DNA of 64,000 bases, taken from the NCBI GenBank assembly GCA_951406725.2, contig OX597818.1:112096001-112160000 (forward strand). The letters are read 5' to 3'. The notes under the pieces are model-generated. The model made no database searches, was not told the origin of the DNA, and saw only the letters and a program-made list of their open reading frames with translations. The DNA comes from Octopus vulgaris (Eukaryota). Each line of letters opens with the position of its first letter. Position 1 is the stretch's first letter. Positions 10,728-25,957 of this stretch are shown here, in pieces. The translations under genes and the position numbers were made by a program.

Positions 10728-12593
10728 TATCAGCTTTATAATTCGACGGTTTCACTATTTCAGTGCCACCAGTTTTCTTAATTACGATTATAACCTTGGA
10801 CCTTTAATTTGTACTTTTGTATGTAACCTAGGTTTAGGAATGAATCTACTGACCCAGGGGTTTAATGGGGGGAAATGCACACGAACGCTTCACATAGAAA
10901 TATAGACACTGAGTTGTCTTGAGGTATTGGTTCTGCATGTATCTAGGAAATAAAAGATATTTGATAATGATTAGAAAGCGCTCGTAATGAAAAGAAATTA
11001 TAGGTAAAGTGCTTGCTAATATAATGTCTACATTGGTTCAATAGTGTTGAAAAGGATAACGTGTGACTCAACTAAGACATTCAGTCACTTAAGCAAATTC
11101 CTCACATCTTAGAATATACTATTATCATGTTCGGTGTGGAGCAATGATACAACAAGCACACTTTCTGAGGGCTTTTAAACAAAACAAAACGTATCGACAC
11201 GCTGTAAATAATTTAGCTTGTCTAAGTAGATTTTTAAAAGCGATTTTTTGTTATAATCTCTGAGCATTCATGAGAAAGAAAAAAATAATAACAATTATAG
11301 AAATTAAAAGACATATTCCAGAAGACGATAGAATGATAATCATAATAATAGAACAAGTTGTCAGAAACACTTCACCGCCAGTTAAGAATAATGTGATGAG
11401 GCTAATATATAGTGAAAAAGTAAAATGCAATCAACTTGTAATTACACTGGTAAATAGCTTTAAAAAAATCGAATGAAACGAAAATTACTACAATTCAAGT
11501 TTGATTACAAATACGTAATGTTACTTATTAATCAGCATGAAAGAAATAAAATTATATTTAAAAGCACAAATAACCTACAAATTTCGTAGTAAATGTAATT
11601 TCAAGAAAGCAAATGAATTACACCGTATAACCCAAGCAATTTCATAGCAATGATATATGAAATATAAACTAGTTAATTCATAATTATCCAAATTTGAAGT
11701 CAATGAAACTGAAAAAAAAAATTATAATAATAAAAAAAAAATCGCAAATCCAATTACGAATAAGGATTTCCATAAAGAAAAAATGTTTAAGAATCTACTA
11801 AAAGTACATTATTTCCTTAAATTAAAAAAAAAATTGACTAAATCATGTTTAGAGAGAATTGGAATTGAAACTCTTTGATCAGACAAAAGTCAAGGCTTTT
11901 AGGAAGGGGTTAGAACCAAAATAATACTTATAATGCCGCTAGATGTTTGATTGAAAACGCAAATAGAGAAAAACAAAGAAACATAATTTCTAGCTCCAGT
12001 TTATCAATAAACTGTGTCATATCGTTTGAGAAAGACGTACACACTTACCTGTATACTAATATGAAGGTACAAAAGAGAAAAATTGATTATTTGATAATTT
12101 GAATACAGAGATTTAACAGGTTACAACTCGACGAACGTTCAGGAGATTAAATACAGTTTTGACAACGAAAACATTATCCCTCGTTTGGTGATTTGCTCAA
12201 AGCAAGTCACATGGTACAGCTTTAAAAAGAGGATCAACAGAGGGTAATTGGTATTAGCCCCGAATTAGGGTGTTATCAAACCTGAATGTTTTCGATCACC
12301 GCCCTGCTTTGTCAGGACGAACTTGCTGTTATAATTTACCACTCCAATAACAACAACAAAAAAGGCAACACCCATGAAATACTGGCATGTGCTGGGATAA
12401 ATATAGAAAACCCCTATATTGAATACATGAATGAGCACCAAAACAAGGGATATTAATGGAACATTCCCTTTAAAATGTCTAACGAGTGTAAAAACTTAAG
12501 CCGCATATTGTTGTTTGGGAGGGACAGGGAAAAGTATATACCGTCATAGAGGTCCGCTGCTCTGTTGATGTAAATATCTCTTGGTAAATCGTA

Positions 12594-12637
12594 AAGAAAC
12601 CTGAGAAAGGACGACAAATGCGAAACCCTCGATTTCT
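12594..12637 (+). ncRNA. degenerate hammerhead-like motif
   Basis: AGAAAC-CTGAGAA-AGGACGACAAATGC-GAAA-CCC-TC-GATTTCT; stem I plausible, core imperfect. Confidence 0.35.
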
Positions 12638-12934
12638 ATACCCAGATTATAAATTCACATTTATATCAATAATAAATTGTTGCACTTGGTTTCGTAAGTA
12701 AATGCCTGGATAAGCAGGGCTTTTCAGAAAAGGAAATCAACCTGCCAATTTGTACGTTACGAATACAATATCGGAGTGGCTATGCAAAACTTTTCTTAAG
12801 TTTAAAATCTGATATTGTTTTTATTATCAATATTCCAGTGATGGAATTTTGTCTTTATTAGAAACAGGCTTCGTACTTACACGAAGATTTCAAATAAGTA
12901 AAAGTAGAAGAGAATACACACACACACCGATAAA

Positions 12935-13082
<148 letters not shown>

Positions 13083-13473
13083 CGTATGCATACATTATTC
13101 TGCTTTGTTGTTTGTAATACTACGGTTTTAATCTTGGTATAATTTATACTGACATTATCATCTTTATTAATATCTCATTATTAATTATATTTTCTCTTTT
13201 AATCTCGTACATACTCACATTTGCAAGTCTGAACGAAATTGACTAATCATTATTTGTACTCAAAGAACTTTTTTTCTCCATGCTATTCTGCCTGCCTTAC
13301 TATAAGTCGCGTTCCTAATCGATAGACAATCATTTGTTACGTCTTTGTTTTAACGACTGTTTTGCCTCCAAGTGTTTCTTTTGCTAGCGTATCTACACCT
13401 ATATTAACTGACTTGTACGGCTTTGTATTAGTAAGTTTAATACATTTAAAATTATTTTTGATAATAGTTTGTA

Positions 13474-13522
<49 letters not shown>

Positions 13523-13592
13523 ATTAAGTACATAAATGCAAAACAACGTGGAAAAAATAGTACTCGAATACCAGAGCTAGAGTAATATATTT

Positions 13593-13750
13593 TATTAAAA
13601 GAAAGCAAAAATATAAAAACTGTTACTCAGAGTTTCACGTTCTCGTCCATCGGACAGTTTTGTTTTGATTCTATACAAAACTGTCCGAGGAAATAGAATG
13701 TGAAACTCTGAGTAACAGTTTTTATGATATTTTTGCTGCTTTTTAATAAT
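13593..13750. ncRNA. head-to-head inverted pair of hammerhead-like motifs
   Basis: Plus: AAAACTGT-CCGAGGA-AATAGAATGT-GAAA-CTCTGAG-TA-ACAGTTTT (13677-13722); minus: AAAACTGT-CCGATGG-ACGAGAACGT-GAAA-CTCTGAG-TA-ACAGTTTT (13616-13661). Confidence 0.72.
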
Positions 13751-13756
13751 GTTTTC

Positions 13757-14215
13757 TTGCTCGTTTACTCGTTCCCCTGTTTCCGTCATTAGAATGTGGC
13801 CATGCTGGGGCATCGTCTTGAAGAACTTTTTAGTCGAATGAATCAACCTCAGAGTTTTTGAAATGAAGCCGTGCAATTATTTTACCGATCACATTGTCCC
13901 CCGTAACTTAGCGAACAGCTACGTTAAGGGGACATAAACACAATAACAGCGGTTGTCAAACGGTGGTGGAGAACAGACACGAGCATAAAACCAGACACAC
14001 AGACAGACACAGACAAAGACACTGAGATTCTCACGCGCGAATACATACATACGCGACGGACTTCTTTTTAGTTTCCCTTGTACCAAATACACTCGCAAAG
14101 CTTTGGTCGGCCCGAAGTTATAGTAGAAGATCCTTGTCGAGGGTGCCACGAAATGGAACTGAACTCAGAACCATGTCGTCAGGAAGTGAGCTTCTTACTG
14201 CACAGCCACGCCTAT
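13757..14215 (-). mobile_element. family B SINE, diverged
   Basis: Reverse complement of family B head, body and tail. Confidence 0.85.
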
Positions 14216-14992
14216 ACGGTTGATTATACATGTAGCCATGTTGAAAAGACAGATTCTCATAACTACGTATATAGAGCAACTGTCTTGTATGGTTTTATAT
14301 TAATAATTTTAATAGAGTTACAAGTATTTTCGATATCAGTGTCTATGGCATATATCAGTCTAATGATTTTTCTTTTCTTCTCGCGAATTAAAAAAAAAAG
14401 TTAGTAGTTCTTTGCAATTTCTTAGCTTCCACATTTCTTGTTGCATTCCTGGTTGCTATTATATTTCGTAATGTTATTTAGCTGTTAACCAAATAACTCG
14501 TACATTTCTTTTGTCCATTAGATTATAAATCTATATTGAAATGATAGAGACCATACTGGAATTAATCTGAAGCGCTACTTATTTTCTCTTTTTATTTAAA
14601 TCTTTTAGGACTGCGTTAGTTATTTCGTATATTTTCACTTCATGTTGCTTTGACCTCCGTCTAAAAAGTTGTGGTTTTTATTTTAGAAATGTAATTAACA
14701 TTAATATATGCAAAGATGTGGTGAGAAAGTTATACTTGTGTATGATCATAATTTCTGCATGAATCGTCATATCAATCGTCCTTTTCGAAACATAGGCTCA
14801 TCAGGCCGGATTCTAGGATTCTGGAGCGTATATATTAGTTATAGGTAGCTTAACTGGTATCCCTTGAAGAAATTTGTCAAGATTCCGTTTAAAGGCGATG
14901 GGGACAATGTTAAATAGGGCAGGGCCTATTGAGGAAAAGAAATTGTGCTGCAATGTATTTATGTGCTTTGCCCCTAAATTGGATAGGGGACG

Positions 14993-15028
<36 letters not shown>

Positions 15029-15093
15029 AGTGTGTATGTGTGTGTGTGTGTGTGTGTATGTAGGTATATATATATGTATATATATATATATTT

Positions 15094-15124
<31 letters not shown>

Positions 15125-15142
15125 AATATATATCTATATAAA

Positions 15143-15187
<45 letters not shown>

Positions 15188-15200
15188 TATATATATATAC

Positions 15201-15231
<31 letters not shown>

Positions 15232-15242
15232 TATGTATATAT
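14993..15242. repeat. compound (TA)/(TG)/(TC) microsatellite
   Basis: Direct reading. Confidence 0.95.
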
Positions 15243-15429
15243 GAAATTAGGATAAAATCATTACTTTATGATTTATGAGTGTCCAGCATACTAAAAATTC
15301 CTTGACGGTTAATTTGTATTAAAATTATAATAAGGGAGCTGAATGATTACAACACAACCTGAACAACTCGCCTGCTGGGTTTAGCTAATCAATGTAATAT
15401 ATAGATTAGTGTAGAGCGTCGAGCGAGAA

Positions 15430-15620
15430 AAATCGGTAACACGCCGAGCAAGTGTACTTCGCGGCATTTCGTCCGCATTAACATTCTGAGTTTAAAGTCT
15501 GCCGCGGTCGTGTTAGCCTTTAATCTTTTTCGGAGTCTATAAAATAAGTATCAGTTGCGCACTGGGGTATGGACCTAATCTCCCCAGAACCTGCTGGCCT
15601 TGTACCAAAATTTGAATCCA
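15430..15620 (+). mobile_element. degraded family C SINE
   Basis: CGGCATTTCGTCCGC...TTCTGAGTTTAAAGTCTGCCGCGGTCG...GGCCTTGTACCAAAATTTGAA. Confidence 0.7.
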
Positions 15621-16381
15621 ATTTAACATATCCACATATTCAAACTCGACTGTGTGTGTATTATCACAGAATCTGATAATTCTAATGCCATGTATGACAT
15701 TCCAAAGTCTTGTGAGATCATGTAATTTGTGTCAGTCGGTCATATTCCTAGTGTGCATAATCGAGTCATATCAATGAGTTCCATTAAACGCGTGTAGATA
15801 TCGTGCAGCCATTTTTTATCAGCGAATCTTTAGTGCTTGTACTAGCGACATATTAACGTTGCATATAAGTTCACATCATCATTGGAAATTGATCTGCGGT
15901 AGCATGCTAGCATCATACTCAATTCATTTCACGATTCTAACACAATCCGCCACTAAAGTGCAAACTGCATTCCTGTCTTCCACAGAGCATCATTACATAG
16001 ATTTCGAACTTTTAAAATATCGATTTCTAACGCAAGTGAATATTATCATATAGGAAGTTAATATGTAACTATGGACTTTGATTACATACTAGTCTCTTGG
16101 CATTACCAACACTATAATAGGAAAGTCTGTGATACTGTATAATTACTGTGTAATTAAAGAAATTATACATTTCGTTCACATTATATTTAACACAAAGATT
16201 GGAACAATATCATTAAGATGGATTCTGCAAAAATTTCTATGAAATTAAAATCAAACAGAGCGAAAGCTGCATTCACTTTGTCCACTCAGAAACAAAGAAC
16301 TAAATATTGTTTTGTTGTTAGACAAACCACATAAATAATGTACTTGTTACTCTGCCAGCCTCTCTGTCTACTCGTCTGTTT

Positions 16382-17330
<949 letters not shown>

Positions 17331-17566
17331 CATTTTCTCTCTCTTCGCTGTGTGTCTCTTTTAATCTCCTTTATACATACATACATACATATATGTACTT
17401 CAAAGTTATACGAAAAGCCATGAAAAACAAAAGACAGGGACAGATGAGAAAACGACAATCAAAGTGTATTAGTTTGATGTCGAGGAAATATTTTGAGCCT
17501 GCGCCTTCTAAACAGACGGACGAAGAACGAAAGCGAATTGAGAGAAGTAAAAAGAAAAGAGGCAAT

Positions 17567-17634
<68 letters not shown>

Positions 17635-17845
17635 TGCTCTTAGCTTAGTTTTTCCTTGGGGCTGGCCAGATTGGAGCAATCTCAAGATTAATCAGCCGAA
17701 ATTGCGCGGATGATCCGGTTCTTCACTGACGATGAAAAACTTCGAATGACCCGTCCTTGTTTTTTTGTATCGTCTATCTGGATGACTTGTCCCTTTTTGT
17801 ATCACTTAGTTGTTCGGATGTTTTGCGTTCTTGTCCCATGTTGTA

Positions 17846-17920
<75 letters not shown>

Positions 17921-17982
17921 ATATATATTATATATATATATAAACTATAAAATTCCTCAAATATATCCAGTAGTATGTGTAT

Positions 17983-18187
17983 TCTTTGTAAGCCTAGTAC
18001 TTATTCTATCGGCCACTTTGCCGAACCGCTTGGTTACGGGCACGTAAACACACCAGCATCGGCATCAAGCCAAATCCATTCACAAGGCTTTGGTCGGCTC
18101 GAGGCTATAGTAGAACACACTCGCCCAAGGTGCTACGCAGTGAGACTGAAACCGGAACCATGGGGTTGGTTAGCCACTCCTGCGCCA
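17983..18187 (-). mobile_element. family B SINE with internal deletion
   Basis: Tail segment joined directly to head segment near 18065. Confidence 0.8.
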
Positions 18188-18416
18188 ATGTGTATACTAT
18201 ATACATGTTTTCTTTGTAAATTGTGATCTCTATTATATTTCGTTTAGTTATATAATTATACACAAGAATCTTGTACCCTTCTCTTTTAAAAATCTAGAAT
18301 GAGTAGAGAGGAAAAAAAGAAACCTCACAACCGTTAGTACCCGACTGAATATCTGATATATAGATTGATTCCATTTATAAATTTTCTTATAAAGAATTGC
18401 CGCTATGTTTAATACG

Positions 18417-18490
18417 CGAGAGAAAGAGAAAGAGAGAGAGAGAGGGGGAGAGAGAGAGAGAGAAGGAGAGATAGATAGATAGATAGATTG

Positions 18491-18542
<52 letters not shown>
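18417..18542. repeat. (GA)n/(GATA)n microsatellite
   Basis: Direct reading. Confidence 0.95.
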
Positions 18543-18546
<4 letters not shown>

Positions 18547-18844
18547 CAAATGAAGATCTGAAGCCGTGAAGGTGTTTGCTCTCTTTCCCACAAGTCCTAA
18601 AGAAGAAATCATAGCAATAAAGAAATATTAGGTAAAAATTCAGTTCTGTTATATTTTGTTTATTTTGTATTTTATATTAGTTCTTTTTGCGTCGTTCCGG
18701 CCTTGCACAACCAATCTCCCGAATGTGTATTATAAAAGCAGCCAACGCTGAAGATCTTATGATATATTGAAGAATTATGTCGGTGAACGTTAGCCAGATA
18801 AGGAACCAGTTATTGCGAACGCATTCAGTGCACTCGTACGCATT

Positions 18845-19001
18845 GGGCATATGGCATCGTAGTTAAGAGCACGGGCTACTAACCCCATGATTCCGAGTTC
18901 GATTTCAGACAGTGAACTCAATAATAATGATAATAATAATCATAATAATAATAATAATGATAATAATAATAGCAATAGTAATAATAATAATAATAATAAT
19001 G

Positions 19002-19065
<64 letters not shown>

Positions 19066-19102
19066 TAATAATAATAGTAATAATAACAACAACAACAACA
19101 AC

Positions 19103-19137
<35 letters not shown>

Positions 19138-19227
19138 CATGGAAAAGTACCTTAGGAATGAGAAAGGTTCAAAATTTCCCCAAGACACTTGATGAAGGCT
19201 GGAGGGTATATCAGCCGAAGTGTGTGT
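18845..19227 (+). mobile_element. composite element copy 2: tRNA head + expanded (AAT)n + HHR tail, truncated by a family B SINE
   Basis: GGGCATATGGCATCGTAGTTAAGAGCACGGGCTACTAACCCC...GAGTTCGATTTC, ~230 bp (AAT)n, CCTTAGGAATGAGAA, ACAC-TTGATGA-AGGCTG..CAGCC-GAAG. Confidence 0.85.
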
Positions 19228-19230
19228 ATA

Positions 19231-19399
19231 GGCGTAGGAGTGGCTGTGTGGTAAGTAGGCTGCTTACCAAACACATGGTCCTGAGTTCGGTCCACTGCGT
19301 GGCATCTTGGGCAAGTGTCTTCTAATATAACCTCGGGTCGACCAAAACCTTGTGAATGGATTTGGTAGACGGAAACAGGAAGAAGCTCGTCGTATATAT

Positions 19400-19473
<74 letters not shown>

Positions 19474-19690
19474 TTGTGTGTGTATATGTTCGGGTGACTA
19501 TATTTGTCCCTCAACATCGCTTGACAACCGATGCTGGCTTGTTTACGTGCCCGTAAATTAACGGTTCGGCAAAAGTACTAGGCTTACCATGAATAAGCTC
19601 TGGGGTCGATTTGCTCGACTAAAGGCGGTGCTCAAGCATGGCCGCAGTGAAATGACTGAAACAAGAAAATGAGTAAAAGAATAAAAGAAT
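19231..19690 (+). mobile_element. family B SINE, full length
   Basis: GGCGTAGGAGTGGCTGTGTGGTAAG head through GACTGAAACAAG tail. Confidence 0.93.
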
Positions 19691-22529
19691 ATGAGAAAAG
19701 GAAAAGTGACGAAATAATGTTTCTGCAAAGCAGAAAATGCTCATGTCAGGCATTGATTTTCTAATTGGCTAGAATAGATAGACTTATGATATCTGTGGCA
19801 AGTATTTCAGTCTGTTGAGGGCATGAGTCAAGAGACGATGTTCACAGCAGCTCAACCTGAAACAAATAGCAGACAGATCTTCAAATGGCATTCAGCGTCT
19901 TTAAATAAATAAATATGATATTACCTTGGACGAGCAAACCCTGAATTCCCTGACAAGATTGTCTGAGCTGGATTGTTTTCGATCATTAACAGTGACGCTT
20001 GGGGAGAAACAACAAAACCGATCTCAGATCACGATGTATTAGTTGATCATCATATCCAGGAAGAAAACGCTGATTTTATTATTTATCCATCGAACGTATC
20101 ATTGATTTGTTTGGAAGGCTGGTACCTCAAACGAAAATAGGATACTAATTAAAGCGTGAGCAACAGACAAAACGATGCAAACTGGAAGCTATTCGAACGA
20201 GATTACTTCCCATGCTGCTAAATTGGCAGCGATTTGAAATCCTGGAATATTGCGACGGGCAATTCCTGTTTTGATCATTTGTTGGCAATAGGTTAGATGC
20301 AATATTACAAGCAGAACCAGTATGTGTCTATGTATAGTTAACAAATCTAAAGCGACGTGTTCTCTGTGAAACGAATATTATTCCATTACATAATGTCTTG
20401 GAATTTATGCCCTGGATATTGGGAACCTGATAAATCTATTACAATATATTAAGTGTTCACAAACTCGTATGCTTCATTATTCTTTTATCTCAATATTTTA
20501 TATTCGCATAAAGTACATTGGCTGCGCATTTTCTCTGAAACTTTTAGAATCTGCCGATGTTAACATCTTCTGTATCGTATATCTGTTTGATGTCAATATA
20601 TTGTAGAAAACCCAAGAGAATAGGAACTTTATATACAAAGGAACGAAATATAAATGTTTCCAAATTAAGCAGAAACATTATAGTAGGGAATACGTTCTTG
20701 AATATTTCTATTCAAATCCACAAACGCAACATTTATTTGCAACTACGAATTAATACATCGCAAACCAGTAAATTGCATTAAGACGTGGATAAGGAAAGTG
20801 AAGTGATATGCATGATCATAGGAAACGATGTCGAACGAAGCCAAATCATATTCACCATTGACACATGTTGGGGATTTGCCAGTCTATAGAATGTTCAACG
20901 TGAAAATTAATATAAAGTATTATGTGTACCATCCGAGAACATATCTGCTATGAACATGTACATCGTACTAGGAATATACGATTAATCGCAAAATTGTAAT
21001 GATTAGTAATCCTATGGGGAAATGTAGATTGAAATGGGGTTCGATCTAATAGCATTCGATGTTCAAAAAAACTTCAACTGAAATGCTTTAGGATTGAACT
21101 TCAGAAATGTTAATTTCACACCGATGGGTTTTTAATTTGCGTTGTTGCGGCGTAAGAAGATTCAGGTATGAATGATGAATAAATTGCACTGAACTCTCTC
21201 TGAGACAAAAAAAATAAGTTCCTGTAATTTATTTAAATTCATTTCAGTATTGAAATGTAATTAGCTTCTCCGTAAATTAAGCAACACAAACAGAAAAAGA
21301 AGTGGGAGAATGTATCAAGCCCGTGTTGATTTTAATACGCAGTCATCTGTAACTTTCGTTGGGCGTATTGTGATGGAAGAGTACTCCTAGCTTTAATAAA
21401 TGTAGAGTTAGTATATTTCTTGAAAATAACACAAACTATTTAAAATAATTAAATAACACTCTAAATAAAACCAATTATTATGTAAATTATTAATTCTAGA
21501 GATATTCCCGACATTTTAATTAAGTGATATTGGTAATTTTAATTAAATTTTTTTTCGTAGTTTAATACATCCACTCTGCTGTCAAATATAGAACAATTAT
21601 TTATTCATGCAGCAGGCGTCGCTGAGTATTTCTGATTTATAATTTTATGATGTATTCAATCATCACCATCATGTATACCGCTTTTGTCATCTATAGCTAC
21701 CATAAATTTAGACTGTATTATGTTGATGAGGTCAAATACTGAGGCATGTGAAGTGTTTTGCTATATTTGTATGCTTGCTAGTTTGTAGCGTGTAAATCAC
21801 GTGAGCAAAGCAGTTCGAGCCGGGGAAGGCACCCACTGACTGTTACTAGTTCTCATCCATGGCTCACATCTTGCGCAAGTGGGAACTTCAGTGCATGGAG
21901 TTCTTTGCCTCGAAGGACAAGAACCATTATCAGAACTGGCAGAAAAGTGGCTTCAGACAGTGCAACCTGTTGGCCTCTACTTTAACTGCTCGGCTGCTTT
22001 TTTTGTAACTTGACGAATAAAGCAAGTTAACAATTATTGCAAAACCTTTGATCAACACAATAATAACTAACGATTTTGAAGATGTCTTGGCGCTTCTGAC
22101 CAGGTTTTGTAACCTGTATAATGTTTTCTTCCACATATCTTTGATTATCTACAAACACCGGAGTTTGAAGTCCATCTTGTTAAGTCAGCTGTTTGATATA
22201 AAGAAGGCTGTCAGTATTCAGTGCAATCCTGTCGTTGGATTCAATACTGGAAATTGAGAGACTAGAAATGGTCGAAGTCCAGAGGTGATGTGGTTGCTAA
22301 AGAGTCTGATACCAGTCATAGTTAAATACTGTCCTAATATCAAAAACACTCCTTCCAACTATCTTAGATTTTTTGAGGTGTGAGATATGTGTATGCTGGG
22401 ATTGGAATCGTTGGTCATAATCCGAAGTTTCAGTTACCAAAATACTGATATTTTCGGAAAAGTTGTGAATGATCGTACGGTTTCTCTTGAGATGTTGCTA
22501 CATGTTTTAGCAGACTAGCGTAGATGCCT

Positions 22530-22845
22530 TAGAGTCTAAGATTCAACTGGGGTCCATAGAAGATTTTTGGGTTCTTCCAGGAAAAATAAAAAATTGGGTC
22601 CATAACAGCATTGTATGGCTCCATGAAAACATGTTAGGTGTGCTTATTGCAAGAAACAACGAGATTTCTTTCTATGATATTTCACATAAGCCATCTTACA
22701 TATGTGAACGTGCGACACAGAACATAGAAAATTGAATGAAATTCTCTATCAAATTAGTTTTTAAACATCGAAAGGCTGTGACATGAAATAAAATAACATA
22801 GTAACCAAAGGCGTCCATAAGTAAAGAAATGGTTGAGAAACTCTG
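22530..22845. mobile_element. degraded hAT-like MITE
   Basis: 3' end GGTTGAGAAACTCTG resembles hAT/Charlie TIR; repeated GGGTCCATA subterminal motifs; 5' TIR decayed. Confidence 0.45.
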
Positions 22846-23395
22846 CCTTAGAGAAATAAAGACTAAAAAGGTGGTCAATAGAAAAACGATGTATAATCCA
22901 CCCTATTATGTTAAAACAAAGGCTGTTAAGAGATAAATCAGCGCTGCAATGGATATGAGGTTGTTAAAGATGTTTTACAACGATTCAATTTGAATTATCA
23001 AAGTTATGATGAAAGACGGTCGTGTCGTTACCAAAACTTTCTTTACGTTCAATAAAGGCAGAAATAGATCTGCCTTCAACTCACTCGCGCGTCTGTGTCT
23101 CGATTATTTTTTTGTGTGTTTTACTACATAAAGATCGCCAACTGCTTACCCTGAGTAATTACAGTCGGCACGTGCCTGGTACATCTGCATGTATGTGGTG
23201 ACAGGTTTCATGGCTTGGAGAGGAAGGGAGATTACTCTTTGTTTTGATGTTTTTACTCCTTGAAATAAGTCGAACCTGATGGAAAAATTTTCAATTCGGT
23301 TATTTTAACAGGATACGGCTTGAACTTGAGTAGTATTAGTTATTCGTGTTTTTATATCTGTTTTGAACTACGACTAACTTTTCAAGATTCTATCA

Positions 23396-23538
23396 TTCAT
23401 AAAGAATAAAATGTTTCGAATGGTACAACAATGCACTGTTATAGAAACAATGGGATCTGTACCTGTTGTAATTTAACCATCCACAGTTTGTATTATAGTG
23501 CATTGTTGTACCATTTGAAACATTTTATTATTTACGAA
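23396..23538. repeat. ~60-bp inverted repeat (small MITE/hairpin)
   Basis: AATAAAATGTTTCGAATGGTACAACAATGCACTG / TAGTGCATTGTTGTACCATTTGAAACATTTTATT. Confidence 0.85.
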
Positions 23539-23656
23539 CAATACACAATGCTTCAAGCTATCACTCATAGTTGAATGCCTGAATGACTAGTTGGTGCCAT
23601 TCCCTATAGAGGCACAAATATAATTGATTCCCGAATAAATTGCACTTTACGTCCGA

Positions 23657-23737
23657 GGCTCTGATGAAACTATAAGGTGATATTCAGGTACTCAAGTATA
23701 AGTCCACAGCATCTAATGGCATTAACGGCTGTAAGCT
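23657..23737 (+). ncRNA. degenerate hammerhead-like motif
   Basis: GCT-CTGATGA-...-TTAA-CGGCTG-TA-AGC; relates to the GAAACAGCTGTA type. Confidence 0.45.
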
Positions 23738-25701
23738 AATGATTTTCATAAGATAGGCCTTTATTCCTTTCTTCTCTCTCTTTCGTATTTATATATGTAT
23801 GTATGTGTGTGTGCATGTGCGCTCGCGTGTTTCTCACGTATGCAATATGTAAGTTGTACATTAGTCTACACACGAACACACAGGCGCGCGAACGCACACA
23901 CGACATATGTATACAGAGACACAAATAGAGGAACGCATGCGCACACATCAATAACACTGCTGTAGGTGTCTGGCTAAATCAGTCATAAACATATTTTACT
24001 TGATCTGACCTTTTGCACGCGCTTGCTTTGTCACCTTTTAATTGGAAATATTTCTTTTGATGAAATATATTGTTAAGATTGTTCTGAATTTAATAATCTG
24101 TTAATAACCGGTTTGCAGAATTCCAACACAAATCATTCTTTGTTTGTTTGTAAAGTTTGCAATCTCATTTAAACATTTTTACTGCATTAGACAACTACAA
24201 TGAGTTGTTGCTGGTGTGTAAAATGTAATAAATGTGGTATTATATCCATTGAAGCTATTAATATTGTCATCAGCAGTGATTTCTGAAGACACTCTACAGT
24301 CTTTCGGGGCAATAGCGAACAGTTTTGAAAAGTAAATAGTTTCTGCTATGTTTAACAGATCAACGACTGATATAAATCATACGTGGTATCGAACAGCAAC
24401 TTCAAGATTAATTATATCGATAAAAATGTATAAAAAAAGAATTTAAATGGAAAATCAAAGATTCTAGCGCGATGTCGCAATAGATATCAGTATATGATCG
24501 AACAAAATATAGTTTACGCCGTTTGATCAGGATGATTGCCAAAATCCCAAGGCAAAACAAAAGCCTAATGATCCCGTTCTTCAATAAAAAATAAAATAAA
24601 ACATGAACATACAACGTGATTTCAGTTATCTTGGTTTTCACATTACCACTCAATCTTACTTTGGCACATTTTCTTATTAATCTATATAAAAACGAACGTT
24701 CAGTTATTTATCGTCTTAATCGAAATTCTTCGGTGTTCTTCTCGTGTTTCTTTTTTTGTTTATTCAATAGAGTTTTCGCCAATATAATGTCTTTAACAGA
24801 ACCCATTTTTGAAATAGCAATTTTGAGAGGCATCATATTTCTTATCGATTTCAGAATATAAGTAAAGCTATGTTGAAAGTAAGATATATGCTGGTTTTGA
24901 TGCAGTGAAATAAATAAGTAACAACGGAGAACATAAATTCAGAACTTTATATGATAGATTGCGGAGAAACTGCAGAAATGCAGGATTTTCATAAAGTCGA
25001 CAAGTGACTAGGCAACTGTGTTTAAGAGGCTTTAGCAATATTTATTTATTTTATAGTATTATCTTCCATAAATAAACAAGACCTGTTCAAGTAAGTTACT
25101 ATCGAGATTTTTCGCTAGAGCATGTGTATTAATTCTGTATTATAGCTGTGAGAGAACAAAAACGATTAATAATAAAGTCTTGGTCGCGTACACAATGCAC
25201 AGGTAGAGGATATATTGTGCAAAATTTATAGCCGTGAGGATTTCGTGCAGTTGTCACGTATGTCGTTTTTAACCTCTTCAAGACAGCCATCATAATATAT
25301 CTTTATGATCAGAGATTTTGCAGCTGTGATCCGTCCGTACATGTTGAGTCAGAAAAATATAATGGTCAGCTATTCCGTTATCTTTAAGGCAGAGGGAGTG
25401 GTATTTATGAAGTACTTTTCTGATATTTACAGCAGGTAATGCGATAATATAGAGGATTCTCCATTCGCTTATACTGTTGTGCTTAGAGGGATATAGTGCT
25501 ACTATCGTTAGAAATGTTACCAATAACAAGTACGTCGATGTTAAATTATTAGGAAAACATGATTATTGCTTGATAATTCTTTTTATATTTAAGTCAGTGC
25601 CCAGCACTTTAACGCATATATACCAGAGGTTCTTCTGTAAACATGCATACTTGCATACATATATGTACTTACATATATACATACGTATATACTTGAATGT
25701 A

Positions 25702-25957
25702 GTGGTGCGTGGCTTAATGGTTAGGGTGTCAGCATCACTATCGTAAGATTGTGGTTTCGATTCCTGGACCGGCCGACGCGTTCTTGAGCAAAACACTTCG
25801 TTTCACGTTGTTCCAGTCCACTCAGCTGGCAGAAATGAGTAACGCTGCGATGGACTGGCGTCCCGTCCAGCTGGGTAACACATACGCCATTGAAACGGGA
25901 AACCGGGCCCATGAGCCTGACTAGGCTTTAAAAGGGCGCATTTATTATTTTTTTTTC
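25702..25957 (+). mobile_element. family A SINE with TSD
   Basis: A/B boxes, GATGGACTGGCGTCCCGTCCAG tail; TSD ATATACTTGAATG (25687-25699) / ATATAATTGAATG (25958-25970). Confidence 0.9.

Noticed and set aside
17720-17760. CTGACGA...GAAT motif
   Set aside because: No GAAA box or closing stem I
18887-19192. Poly-Asn ORF
   Set aside because: Read-through of the (AAT)n spacer of the composite element
21800-22480. Possible LINE coding remnant
   Set aside because: Composition suggestive but no recognisable motif in any frame
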